64,000 nt of DNA from Clostridia bacterium (lineage in GTDB: Bacteria > Bacillota > Clostridia > TANB77 > CAG-508): the NCBI GenBank assembly GCA_045593405.1, contig JAZNWN010000014.1:2198-66197 (forward strand), read 5' to 3'. This document shows, in pieces, positions 43,977 to 54,345 of this stretch. Numbering within the stretch: position 1 is the stretch's first letter; each line of letters opens with the position of its first letter. The notes under the pieces are model-generated. The model was not told where the DNA came from. It saw only the letters and a list, made by a program, of their open reading frames with translations, and did not search any database. The position numbers and the translations under genes were made by a program.

Positions 43977-45203
43977 ATGAAATATTTAAATGTATTGCAA
44001 CAAGCAATAGTATTTATAATAACAATTTTTTGGATTTATAATATTGGAATTAGTGTATGTTCTTTAATAAAATTTAAAGATAAACCTTTAAAAATTAATA
44101 AAAAACACAGATTTATGGCTATAATACCAGCACATAACGAAGCAGCAGTTGTAGCAAATTTAGTAAAGAGTTTAAGAGCACAAAATTATCCAAAAGAATT
44201 ATTAGATATTTATGTTATAGCAGATAATTGTACAGATAATACAGCAGAAATTGCAAGAAATGCAGGAGCTATTGTATATGAAAGATTTGACTCTACTAAA
44301 AAAACAAAAGGTTATGCAATGCAATGGTTTTTAAAACAAAAAATAGAAGAAGATGCACCTTATGATGCTTTTTGTGTATTTGATGCTGATAACGTTGTAA
44401 TGCCAGATTTTATAAAAAATATGAATAAAAAACTTTGTCAAGGTGAAGAAGTTGTTCAAGGTTATAGAGATATAAAAAACCCAACAGACAACTGGATTAC
44501 AGCAGGATATGCACTATTCTACTGGACAATGCATAGATTTTATCATTTGGCAAGATATAATGTAGGGCTTTCTCCACTATTAAATGGAACAGGCTTCATG
44601 GTTAAATTTGATGTAATAAAACCAAATGGATGGCAAACAGAGACTTTAACAGAAGATATTGAATTTTCATTAATAAATATGTGCCAAGGAAGAAAATTAG
44701 GTTGGGCAACTGATGCAGTGGTTTTTGATGAACAACCAACAGGATTCAAACAATCTTGGACACAAAGAATGAGATGGTCAGTAGGGCATATTCAATGTTT
44801 CAAAATATATACAAAACAATTAGCAAAAAATGCAATAAAAAATAGAAAATTAGTTACATTTGATGGATTTTTGTATTTAATGGGGATGCCATTATTAGTA
44901 ATAACATTATCATTATTGTTATTAAATTTTGTAATATTTTCAGGTCATGGAATGACAGGAGTAGAACTTGTATGGAGTATTGGAAGATATTTATTTGCAA
45001 CATTTTTAATGACACCACTTTCAGCAGCATTTGCAATGATATTAGATAAAAGAAAAATAAAACCAATGTTAAAGGGATTGCTTTGTTATCCAGCATTTAT
45101 GGGCTCATGGATATTGATAAATATCAAAGCTTTAATAAAACCAAATACAACTTGGGAAAAAATAGAACATGTAAGAAGTATAGATGTAAAAGAATTGTCA
45201 TAA
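43977..45203 (+). CDS. Processive GT2 glycosyltransferase
   Basis: IPAHNE, ADNCTD, FDAD, TED and QRMRW (QxxRW). Confidence 0.9.
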   Translation: MKYLNVLQQAIVFIITIFWIYNIGISVCSLIKFKDKPLKINKKHRFMAIIPAHNEAAVVANLVKSLRAQNYPKELLDIYVIADNCTDNTAEIARNAGAIVYERFDSTKKTKGYAMQWFLKQKIEEDAPYDAFCVFDADNVVMPDFIKNMNKKLCQGEEVVQGYRDIKNPTDNWITAGYALFYWTMHRFYHLARYNVGLSPLLNGTGFMVKFDVIKPNGWQTETLTEDIEFSLINMCQGRKLGWATDAVVFDEQPTGFKQSWTQRMRWSVGHIQCFKIYTKQLAKNAIKNRKLVTFDGFLYLMGMPLLVITLSLLLLNFVIFSGHGMTGVELVWSIGRYLFATFLMTPLSAAFAMILDKRKIKPMLKGLLCYPAFMGSWILINIKALIKPNTTWEKIEHVRSIDVKELS

Positions 45204-45250
45204 AATTAAAACCTTCGTTTCTTTTTGAAATGGAGGTTTTATTATGTTTG

Positions 45251-45317
45251 TGTAGGGATCGCACCCCAGAGCGACCCGAATAAAGGTTTAACATATTTGA
45301 AAGCTGCGTCCCCTACA
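45251..45317. repeat. GTAG REP with a partial inverted partner
   Basis: TGTAGGGATCGCACCCCAGAGCGACCCG...CCCCTACA. Confidence 0.75.
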
Positions 45318-45409
45318 AGAATAAAATAAATTTAAACACATAAATCATTTAATAAAAACTAGTGACATTTTTATTTTTAAATGATATAATTTGTTCATTA
45401 ATTAAATAG

Positions 45410-46279
45410 GTGATGAATATGATAATAGATAAGCTTGTAGAAGCGAGAATAAAAACATATGCATTTGTTGGTCCATCTGGAACAGGGAAAAGCTATAGAG
45501 CTCAAATGGTTGCGGCAGAGAGAGGTATAAAATATATTATAGATGATGGTTTGCTTATAAATGATACCAAAGTAGTTGCAGGAGAATCTGCAAAAAAGGC
45601 TCCAACAAAAATTGAAACAATAAAAAAAGCATTATTTACAAATGAAAAAGATGTACTAGAAATAAAAAAAGCATTTGTGAAATATATGCCTGACAGTATT
45701 TTGATTCTTGGGACATCTGATAATATGGTAGAAAAAATCAGAATAAATTTAGGACTTCGTGAATTTACTGAAATTATATATATTAATGATGTCGCAACAG
45801 AAGAAGAAATTGAAGAAGCAAGAAGAATGAGAAAAGTAGAAGGAAAACATGTAATTCCAGTACCTACTTTTGAAATAAAAAAAGATTTTTCAGGTTATAT
45901 TTTAGATCCTTTACAAATTTTTAAGTCTAAAGGAAAAAATAGCAAACCATATATAGCTGAAAAATCAATTATAAGACCAACATTTAGTTATTTAGGTAAT
46001 TATAAAATATCAGATACAGTTTTTAAACAAATCATAGAATATTTAAGTGAAAAAGCAGAATTTATATACAAAATAAATAGAACGAGAGTAGAAACAACTG
46101 AAGTGGGAGTTAGTATATATATAGAAGTTATAATAAACTATGGTTATGATATAGTAAAATGTTTAACAGATTTCAAGAAAAAAACTAAACGTGAAATTGA
46201 AAATTTAACAGCTATGAATGTAGATAATATTGAAATTGTGGCAAAAGGAATACAAATGCCAGAAGAAGGGGAGAAATAG
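45410..46279 (+). CDS. P-loop protein with C-terminal Asp23-like domain
   Basis: GPSGTGKS Walker A, IIDDGLLI; C-terminus resembles Asp23/Gls24. Confidence 0.7.
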   Translation: MMNMIIDKLVEARIKTYAFVGPSGTGKSYRAQMVAAERGIKYIIDDGLLINDTKVVAGESAKKAPTKIETIKKALFTNEKDVLEIKKAFVKYMPDSILILGTSDNMVEKIRINLGLREFTEIIYINDVATEEEIEEARRMRKVEGKHVIPVPTFEIKKDFSGYILDPLQIFKSKGKNSKPYIAEKSIIRPTFSYLGNYKISDTVFKQIIEYLSEKAEFIYKINRTRVETTEVGVSIYIEVIINYGYDIVKCLTDFKKKTKREIENLTAMNVDNIEIVAKGIQMPEEGEK

Positions 46280-46281
46280 AA

Positions 46282-46947
46282 ATGTCATTTATTGTAGGAA
46301 TTGATGGACCAGCTGGAAGCGGAAAAGGAACAGTAACAAAAATTATTGCGAATAAATTAGGATTAACGAATATTGATACTGGGATAACATATAGATGTGT
46401 TGCTCTAAAATGTTTAAATAATAAAATAAAATTAGAAGAAAAAGAAAAAATAATTGAAGTGGCAAATAATATAAATATTTCAATAGATAATACAATAGAT
46501 GGAGACATAGTATACTTAGAAGGTAAAAATGTCACAAAAGAAATAAGGTCAAAAGAGGTAACAGGCATTGTGTCACAAGTGTCATCTATAAAAGAAGTTA
46601 GATTTGCAATGGTAGAATTACAAAGAAAACTAGCAGAAGGTAAAGACATAATAATGGAAGGAAGAGATATTTGTACATATGTTTTTCCAAATGCAGATGT
46701 AAAAATTTATTTAGATGCTTCAATAGAAGAAAGAGCAAATAGAAGATATAAAGAAATGCAAGAAAAAGGTGTGAATATAACATTTGAAGAAGTAAGAAAT
46801 AATATAGAGATGAGAGATGCAAACGATAAAGCAAAAGAAGTAGGTGCTTTAAAGCTTGCACCAGATAGTATAATAGTGGATACAACAGATAAGACAATTA
46901 ATGAGGTTGTGCAAGAAATTATTAATGTAATAAAAGAAAAATATTAA
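46282..46947 (+). CDS. cmk: Cytidylate kinase
   Basis: IDGPAGSGKGT, DTGITYR, MEGRDI. Confidence 0.96.
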   Translation: MSFIVGIDGPAGSGKGTVTKIIANKLGLTNIDTGITYRCVALKCLNNKIKLEEKEKIIEVANNINISIDNTIDGDIVYLEGKNVTKEIRSKEVTGIVSQVSSIKEVRFAMVELQRKLAEGKDIIMEGRDICTYVFPNADVKIYLDASIEERANRRYKEMQEKGVNITFEEVRNNIEMRDANDKAKEVGALKLAPDSIIVDTTDKTINEVVQEIINVIKEKY

Positions 46948-46952
46948 TTACC

Positions 46953-47105
46953 AATAGTCCGCCAAATCTCGTCGGTGTTATATATTTTATTTTTGTCGCT
47001 GCCCCATCCAAGAAAATGTAATTCACTTACGTTCAAACATTTTCTAAGGCGGTTACCCCGGAGTTGCTCAAAAAATAAAATATATAAGCACCTGCGTTTG
47101 GCTAC
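46953..47105. repeat. ~150-nt structured intergenic repeat
   Basis: Close copy of 4251-4403 with compensatory stem changes. Confidence 0.85.
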
Positions 47106-47144
47106 AATATCACATTATTGATATTATTTTTTGAAAGGAATAGA

Positions 47145-47729
47145 ATGGTTATGAGAAAATTTTTAAAAGGGATTTTTTGGTTTATTTCAATACTTATATA
47201 TAGAATAAAAATAAATGGAAAAGAAAATATTCCAGAAGAAGGAGCTGCGCTTATTTGCCCAAATCATGTTCATGGGTTAGATTCTGTAGTAGTTGTTGTA
47301 CATGCAAAAAGGAAAATAAATGTACTTGCTAAGGAAGAATTGTTTAAAAACAAAGTTCTAAATTGGCTTGGAAAGGTTTTTGGAGCTTATCCTGTAAAAC
47401 AAAATAGTGCAGATTTAGGTGCAATAAAAACATCTCTAAAAATATTAAAAAACAAGGAATTACTTCTAATTTTTCCAGAAGGAACAAGAAAAGGATTGGA
47501 AAAAGGAAGACCTGTAAAAAATGGATCAATTACAATTGCAGTAAAAGCAGGAGTTCCAATAGTTCCAATTGGTATAAAAGGAAATTTTAAAATTTTTAGT
47601 AAGATTATTCTAAATATAGGAAAACCAATGTATTTTAATGAATATAAGGAACAAATAAGTGATAAAGAAGTGCTATCAAAATTAACTAAAGAATTAATGG
47701 ATGAAATTGTTAGATTAAGAGATATGTAA
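47145..47729 (+). CDS. plsC: 1-acyl-sn-glycerol-3-phosphate acyltransferase
   Basis: NHVHGLD (HX4D), AKEELF, FPEGTR; follows cmk. Confidence 0.9.
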   Translation: MVMRKFLKGIFWFISILIYRIKINGKENIPEEGAALICPNHVHGLDSVVVVVHAKRKINVLAKEELFKNKVLNWLGKVFGAYPVKQNSADLGAIKTSLKILKNKELLLIFPEGTRKGLEKGRPVKNGSITIAVKAGVPIVPIGIKGNFKIFSKIILNIGKPMYFNEYKEQISDKEVLSKLTKELMDEIVRLRDM

Positions 47730-47794
47730 AAAAAGGATAATACCCCTAGCGTTAGCTAGGGGTATTTGCACCAAATATGGTGACATGTGTGAGG

Positions 47795-48028
47795 TTATTC
47801 TTCCTCTTCATTTTCCGGTTCCGGTGCTCTAGGAATGCCTCTGGAGAACCGACCTGCAAACCATATGGTATAGCTAATTGCCAATACCGCAATGGTTCCC
47901 AGTGTAGCCAGCTTCCAGTCCACCGTCAGGTGGGTGCTGCCTACCCATGCGCCTGCAAAGAATAAAATTACCAAGCAGACGAAGATAAGGATGGCCCGGG
48001 AAATTTTGTAAAGGGGTGTGTTTCTCAT
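47795..48028 (-). CDS. Small orphan 2-TM protein
   Basis: GGAGG RBS, own TTGACT...TATAAT promoter on the - strand, terminator at about 47740-47767; GC-rich. Confidence 0.65.
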   Translation of the reverse strand: MRNTPLYKISRAILIFVCLVILFFAGAWVGSTHLTVDWKLATLGTIAVLAISYTIWFAGRFSRGIPRAPEPENEEEE

Positions 48029-48194
48029 GTTGTATACCTCCAAATTTTTTTTTAATCTTTCGATTAAACTAAATATATTATAGCAAATACTCATATAAAA
48101 GTCAAATTTTGCTTGACATGAAGCTTTAAAATAGAGTATAATTAATTGTTGCTTTAATATAAATTATAATAATTAATAAAAGGGGAAAATAGAA

Positions 48195-50015
48195 ATGATT
48201 AATGAAAAAATAAGAAATGTTGCTATAATTGCACACGTTGACCATGGTAAAACAACTTTGGTTGATAGCTTACTTAAACAAAGTGGTACATTTAGAAGTA
48301 ATGAACAAGTAGATGATAGAGTAATGGATTCAAATGACATTGAAAAAGAAAGAGGAATAACAATACTTGCTAAAAATACATCGGTTATGTACAATGATAT
48401 AAAAATAAATATTGTAGATACTCCTGGACATGCTGATTTTGGTGGAGAGGTTGAAAGAGTATTAAAAATGGTTGATGGTGTTTTACTTTTAGTAGATGCT
48501 TTTGAAGGTGCAATGCCACAAACAAGGGAAGTATTAAAAAAATCTTTGGCAATGAATTTAAAACCAATAGTTGTTATAAACAAAATTGATAGACCAGGAG
48601 CTAATCCGGCAAAAGTTATAGACGAGGTTATAGAATTATTTATTGATTTAGGAGCAAATGATGATCAATTAGATTTTCCAATTATCTATGCTTCTGCAAA
48701 AAATGGAATAGCAAAAATGGATTTAAACGAAGAATCTGATAATGTAAGATGTATTTATGAGACAATAGTAAATATAATCCCAGCACCAAAATGTGAAATA
48801 GATGGAACTACTCAAATGTTGGTATCTAATATTGATTATGATGACTATCTAGGAAGAATTGGTATAGGAAGAATTGAAAGAGGAACAATTAAATCTGGTA
48901 TGCCAATTATGATATGTAAAGCAGATAAAAATATACAAGGAAAAGTTGCAAAATTGTTTACATATTCAGGACTTAAGAAAGTAGAAGTAGAAGAGGCTAA
49001 GGCAGGAGATATTGTTGAATTAACTGGAATGGCAGAAGTTCATATAGGAGATACTTTGTGTGATATAAATAATATAGAAAAAATTCCTTTTGTAGATATA
49101 GATGAACCAACTGTGTCTATGACTTTCTCTGTAAATAATGGCCCATTAGCAGGAAAGGAAGGAGACTTTGTTACATCAAGACATATTCGTGATAGATTAT
49201 TTAAAGAATTAGAGAGAAATGTAAGCTTAAGAGTAAGAGAAACAGATTCTGCTGATAGTTTTGAGGTTTGTGGACGTGGTGAATTACATTTATCAGTTTT
49301 AATTGAGAATATGAGAAGGGAAGGATTTGAACTTTTAGTTTCAAGACCAAAAGTTATAATAAAAGAAATTGATGGTGTAAAATGTGAACCAATAGAAAAA
49401 CTAGTAGTTAATGTGCCAGATGATTCTATTGGAACAGTTATTGAGAAACTAGGTAGACGTAAGGGCGAAATGGTAAATATGGAACCGGCTGAAGCTGGAC
49501 ATACAAAAATTGAGTTTAAGATACCTGCAAGGGGAATAATTGGTTATAGAACAGAATTCTTAACAGATACTAAAGGTGAAGGTACAATGAATAGCATTTT
49601 TGATTCATATGAACCATATAAAGGAGATATTTCTTCAAGAACAAGAGGTGTTTTAGTAGCATTTGAAGCAGGAACATCTGTAACATACGGATTATATAAT
49701 GCACAAGAAAGAGGAGACTTGTTTATTGGAGCAGGTGTTGAAGTATATGAAGGAATGATAGTTGGATTAAATGCAAGAAACGAAGATATTTCTATAAATG
49801 TTTGTAAAGAAAAACATTTAACAAACACAAGAGCATCTGGTTCTGATGATGCACTAAGACTTGTACCACCAATGCAAATGTCATTAGAAAAAGCAATAGA
49901 ATTTATTGCAGATGATGAATTAGTAGAAATAACACCAAAAAGCTTAAGATTAAGAAAGAAAATATTAGACTCAAAAACCAGAGAAAGATTAGCAGCAAGA
50001 GCAAAAAAGGAGTAA
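48195..50015 (+). CDS. typA: Translational GTPase TypA/BipA
   Basis: AHVDHGKTT, ERGITILAKN, DTPGHADFGGEVER, GRGELHL. Confidence 0.97.
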   Translation: MINEKIRNVAIIAHVDHGKTTLVDSLLKQSGTFRSNEQVDDRVMDSNDIEKERGITILAKNTSVMYNDIKINIVDTPGHADFGGEVERVLKMVDGVLLLVDAFEGAMPQTREVLKKSLAMNLKPIVVINKIDRPGANPAKVIDEVIELFIDLGANDDQLDFPIIYASAKNGIAKMDLNEESDNVRCIYETIVNIIPAPKCEIDGTTQMLVSNIDYDDYLGRIGIGRIERGTIKSGMPIMICKADKNIQGKVAKLFTYSGLKKVEVEEAKAGDIVELTGMAEVHIGDTLCDINNIEKIPFVDIDEPTVSMTFSVNNGPLAGKEGDFVTSRHIRDRLFKELERNVSLRVRETDSADSFEVCGRGELHLSVLIENMRREGFELLVSRPKVIIKEIDGVKCEPIEKLVVNVPDDSIGTVIEKLGRRKGEMVNMEPAEAGHTKIEFKIPARGIIGYRTEFLTDTKGEGTMNSIFDSYEPYKGDISSRTRGVLVAFEAGTSVTYGLYNAQERGDLFIGAGVEVYEGMIVGLNARNEDISINVCKEKHLTNTRASGSDDALRLVPPMQMSLEKAIEFIADDELVEITPKSLRLRKKILDSKTRERLAARAKKE

Positions 50016-50022
50016 TTTAACT

Positions 50023-50144
50023 ATGTATTTGGTGTTGTGTGTTTGGTTTTTGGGAATACATTAATGTAAAAGAAAATAAAATCCAAATACCAAATTCCAA
50101 ATACATTAAAATTAATATTAAAATTGTAGGGGGTTATCCCTACA
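50023..50144. repeat. Heptamer-periodic inverted repeat followed by a short GTAG REP (50125-50144)
   Basis: TGTATTT GGTGTTG TGTGTTT GGTTTTT ... AAATCCA AATACCA AATTCCA AATACAT; TGTAGGGGGTTATCCCTACA. Confidence 0.7.
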
Positions 50145-50176
50145 CATTTTTTATATATATAAAAGGATGATAAATT

Positions 50177-50770
50177 ATGAGAACAATAGAACAAATAAAA
50201 GAAAAAGCCTTAAATGAACATATTCCAATAATAATGGATGATACTTTGGAAGTTGTAGGAGAAGTTCTAAAAGAATTAAAACCGAATAAAATATTAGAAA
50301 TAGGGACAGCCATTGGCTATTCTGCTATTTGTTTTTCAAAATATTTGTCTGAAAGTGGAAGAATAGATACAATTGAGAGAGATGAAGAAAGAATAGCCGA
50401 GGCAAGAATTAATATAAAAGATTTGAAACTAGAAGATAAAATCAATATAATAACAGGAGATGCAGTAGAAATATTACCTAGTTTAGATGAAAAGTATGAT
50501 GCAGTTTTTATAGATGCAGCAAAAGGCAAATATCCATTCTTCTTAAAAGAGGCAATAAGAATGCTTTCGCCCAAAGGTATAATTATTGCAGACAATATTT
50601 TGTATAAAGGTTATACTTTGAGTGATTATAATAAACATAAACAAAGAACTGCAGTAAGAGGACTTAGGGAATATTTAAAAGAGTTGGAAGAAAATAAAAA
50701 ACTAGAAACTACACTTTTAGAAGTAGGAGATGGACTAACAATAACAAGAAGAAAGAAAGGTGTATTTTAA
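50177..50770 (+). CDS. O-methyltransferase (YrrM/TrmR-like)
   Basis: LEIGTAIGYS, FIDAAKGKY, ADNIL; close to a U32 peptidase gene as in the Firmicutes tRNA hydroxylation locus. Confidence 0.88.
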   Translation: MRTIEQIKEKALNEHIPIIMDDTLEVVGEVLKELKPNKILEIGTAIGYSAICFSKYLSESGRIDTIERDEERIAEARINIKDLKLEDKINIITGDAVEILPSLDEKYDAVFIDAAKGKYPFFLKEAIRMLSPKGIIIADNILYKGYTLSDYNKHKQRTAVRGLREYLKELEENKKLETTLLEVGDGLTITRRKKGVF

Positions 50771-50772
50771 TC

Positions 50773-51927
50773 GTGACATCAAAATTTAGAGAAGGCTTAA
50801 AAGTAGTTGAAAATGAACAGAAACAAAAGAAAGAAAGGGAATTAGATGCATATAGAGTTTTTATATCTGAAGCTTTACCAGGATATATAGGTTTTATGGA
50901 AGCTATAAATTCTACGATTACAATGTTAAAAAATAATGGTATAATTGGGAAAACAAAACTTAGAACTAGATTAAAGGCAGTTGACAGTGCAATAACTAAC
51001 ACGCAGAAAAAAATATTAGATGATGTGTTTGGATTTGAGATTGTAGCTGAAAGTGAAAGAGACAAAGAAATTTTAATGCTTATAATACATAATTTATTTG
51101 AAGGAAAATATATTAGAGAAAAAAATTTTAATAAATCTAATGGATATTTTGCACATCATTGTACTGGCGCAGTGAAGAGAAACTTAAATGGAACAGAATC
51201 TAAAGAACTTGAAAATCATATTTTGGATTCTGAAACGTGGGAATTAAAACCAGAATATAGAGATTTGTCAAGAAAAGAGCAAAAACAATATAAAAAAAGT
51301 GAAATTTATTGTAAGAAGCCAAGATATCCAATTTTAATACAGGAAATATTAAATAATGGACAATTAGATATTACATTACAACAAAATTTTGAAAAATCTT
51401 TAAATTTTATCAATCAATATTTAAGTAGAGATAGTGAATTAAGAAAAAACATGCCTATTTTTGAAATTCAATTTAAAACATTAGATGTAGAACAAGAAAT
51501 AAAATGTGGGAGAGCACAACATGTTAAGTATAAAAGTGTAAATGAAGAAGAAGTAGAAGCAAAATATTTTCAAAGAAAACTAATAAGAGGTGTAGATTTT
51601 CCGTTTACATTTATTAGAAATGATGAGGGGGAGATAGAATTAGAACACTCTAGTAGAACACTAATTAGTATGTGGCCATTCTTAGAAAATGCTATAATGG
51701 AATATAAAGCAATACATTCTTGCCCTGTAGCAAATTATGATATGTATTTTGCCAAAGCATTTCCTTCTTTAGAACCATATATACAAAGAAATCTAGTTAA
51801 TGAACCAAGTTTACCAGTAATTAATTGTAAAGAAGAGGCGTGGGGGATTTTAAGAAATAAAATAATTAATAATACTTTTGTATTACCACAATCTAATGAA
51901 ATAGCAAAAGTAGTAGGAAGGGATTAA
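50773..51927 (+). CDS. Divergent RelA/SpoT synthetase-domain protein
   Basis: RLKAVDSA, DVFGFEIV, SNGYFAHH and FEIQFKT parallel the RxKxxxS, DxxGxRI, NGYxSLH and EIQIRT motifs. Confidence 0.6.
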   Translation: MTSKFREGLKVVENEQKQKKERELDAYRVFISEALPGYIGFMEAINSTITMLKNNGIIGKTKLRTRLKAVDSAITNTQKKILDDVFGFEIVAESERDKEILMLIIHNLFEGKYIREKNFNKSNGYFAHHCTGAVKRNLNGTESKELENHILDSETWELKPEYRDLSRKEQKQYKKSEIYCKKPRYPILIQEILNNGQLDITLQQNFEKSLNFINQYLSRDSELRKNMPIFEIQFKTLDVEQEIKCGRAQHVKYKSVNEEEVEAKYFQRKLIRGVDFPFTFIRNDEGEIELEHSSRTLISMWPFLENAIMEYKAIHSCPVANYDMYFAKAFPSLEPYIQRNLVNEPSLPVINCKEEAWGILRNKIINNTFVLPQSNEIAKVVGRD

Positions 51928-51930
51928 TTT

Positions 51931-53157
51931 ATGAAGAAACCAGAATTATTAGCTCCAGTGGGTTCGTTTGAAAAAGCAAAAACAGCATTTAAATATGGAG
52001 CAGATGCAATATATGTAGGAACATCAAATTTATCATTAAGATCTAGAGTAGATATGGATGATGATGAACTTGCTAAAATTGTTAAGTTTGCTCATAGTAT
52101 AAATAAGAAGGTATATGTAGCACTAAATATATATGCTAGAGATAACATTTATGAAGAAATAAAAAAACAAGTAAAGATACTAGATGAAATAAAAGCAGAT
52201 GCAGTAATTGTGTCTGATGGCGGAGTGGTAGAAGCTGTAAAAGAAGTTGCACCAAATTTAGAAATTCATATAAGTACTCAGGCAAATACTGTAAGTTATC
52301 ATACTTGTAAGTTTTGGTACAATAATGGAGCTAAAAGAGTAATATTAGCAAGAGAACTTAGTAAAGAAGAAATAAACGATATAATGACAAATAAACCAGA
52401 TGATTTGACAATAGAAATGTTTGTACATGGTGCAATATGCTATGGATATTCTGGAAGATGTCATTTGAGTGATTTTCTAGCAGGAAGAGGAGCTAATTTA
52501 GGTGATTGTGCTCAAAGCTGTAGATGGGCATATAATTTATATCTTGAAGAAAAGAATAATCCAGGCCTTATGATGCCAGTGGAACAAGATGAACATGGTA
52601 CATATATATTATCTTCTAAAGATATGTGTTTAATAAAAGAATTGCCAGAATTAATTACAATGGGAGTAGATAGTCTAAAAATAGAAGGAAGATTAAAAAC
52701 AGAGTATTATTTAGCAACAGTAATTAATACATACAGACATGCAATTGATGAATGTTTTGAGGATGTAGAGAATTATGATTATATAAAATTCTTAAAAGAA
52801 TTAGAAAAAACAAAGACTAGAGGACTTACAACATTTTATTTTAATGATAAAAATAATAAAGACTTTCAAGAATATGAAGGAAAACAATATAATCCAGATT
52901 ATGAATTTGGAGGAAAAGTTGTACAAGCTGAAGAAAAAAGTATAATTGAAATAAAAAACAGATTAAATGTAGGAGATACATTAGAATTAATTGTTCCAGG
53001 AAAGTTAGAGCCAATTAGTTTTATCATAGATAAACTATGGGATTGTGAAACAGATGAACAAATAGACCATGTAAATCCAGGCAAAGAAGGCCAAAAGGTA
53101 AAAATGGTATTACCAAAAGAAGCAGAACAAGGAATGATATTAAGAAGAAAGAAATAA
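51931..53157 (+). CDS. U32 peptidase family protein (TrhP-like tRNA hydroxylation)
   Basis: PELLAPVG, HISTQAN, LAREL, HGAICYGYSGRC, CAQSCR, SLKIEGR. Confidence 0.92.
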   Translation: MKKPELLAPVGSFEKAKTAFKYGADAIYVGTSNLSLRSRVDMDDDELAKIVKFAHSINKKVYVALNIYARDNIYEEIKKQVKILDEIKADAVIVSDGGVVEAVKEVAPNLEIHISTQANTVSYHTCKFWYNNGAKRVILARELSKEEINDIMTNKPDDLTIEMFVHGAICYGYSGRCHLSDFLAGRGANLGDCAQSCRWAYNLYLEEKNNPGLMMPVEQDEHGTYILSSKDMCLIKELPELITMGVDSLKIEGRLKTEYYLATVINTYRHAIDECFEDVENYDYIKFLKELEKTKTRGLTTFYFNDKNNKDFQEYEGKQYNPDYEFGGKVVQAEEKSIIEIKNRLNVGDTLELIVPGKLEPISFIIDKLWDCETDEQIDHVNPGKEGQKVKMVLPKEAEQGMILRRKK

Positions 53158-53159
53158 TA

Positions 53160-53250
53160 ATTTGTATTTGGTTTTTGGTATTTGGAATTTGGAAATTAGA
53201 TTAAGAAAATTTAGTTTTACAAATTCCAAACACAAAATACAAAACACACA
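53160..53250. repeat. Heptamer-periodic inverted repeat
   Basis: TTTGTAT TTGGTTT TTGGTAT TTGGAAT TTGGAAA ... AAATTCC AAACACA AAATACA AAACACA. Confidence 0.7.
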
Positions 53251-53334
53251 ATTATTATTTTTTTTATTTCTCTTGAAAAACAATCTATTTATATATATAA
53301 TTAGATAGAAAAATAGGAGAAAGAGGATTTTCAT

Positions 53335-54344
53335 ATGGATGACAATTTATTATTACCAGAAACTCAAAACCAGGAAGAAGAGTTTGCTGAAGTTTCATTA
53401 AGGCCTAAACTTATAAAAGAATATATTGGACAAACTAAAGTAAAAGAAAATATGAAGATATACATTGAAGCAGCTAAAAAGAGAAAAGAAGCTTTAGATC
53501 ATGTGTTGTTATATGGACCACCTGGACTTGGAAAAACAACTCTTGCAAATATAATTGCAAATGAAATGAAATCAAATATAAAAATTACATCTGGTCCTGC
53601 AATTGAAAAACCCGGAGATTTAGCAGCATTACTTACAGGACTTCAAACAAATGATGTTTTATTTATAGATGAAATACATAGATTAAATAGAAATGTAGAA
53701 GAAATTTTGTATCCTGCTTTAGAAGATTATAATTTAGATATAATCATAGGAAAAGGAACTGAGGCAAAATCTATAAGAATTGATTTGCCAAAATTTACAT
53801 TAATTGGTGCAACAACAAGAGCAGGTTCTCTTACTACTCCACTTCGTGATAGATTTGGAATAGTACAAAGATTAGAACTTTATGATGAAGAACAATTAAA
53901 TACAATAATAAGAAGGTCAGCAGATATTTTAAATATAGAAATTACTGAAGAAGGAAGTTTGGAAATAGCTAAACGTTCAAGAGGAACACCTAGAATTGCA
54001 AATAGACTTTTAAAAAGAGTAAGAGATTATGCAGCTGTACTGGGAGATCGGAAAAATAACAAATGAAATTGCAAAACTTGCTTTAAAAAAACTAGAGATA
54101 GATGATTTGGGATTAGATAATATAGACAGAAAAATATTAGAAACAATAGTTTACAATTATTCACGGTGGTCCTGTTGGAATAGACACCTTGTCATTGACT
54201 ATTGGGGAAGAAGCAGAAACTATAGAGGATGTTTATGAACCATATTTAATGCAAATGGGATTTATTGCCAGAACACCAAGAGGAAGAATTGTAACACCAA
54301 AAACATATGAACATTTAGGAATAGAAAAAATAGGAGGAATATAA
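53335..54344 (+). CDS. ruvB: Holliday junction helicase RuvB spread over three frames (extra C at 54049 and 54164)
   Basis: [26 protein letters not shown]; after the skips GKITNEIA... and GGPVGIDTL...[17 protein letters not shown]; 335 aa when joined. Confidence 0.93.
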
Positions 54345-54345
54345 A

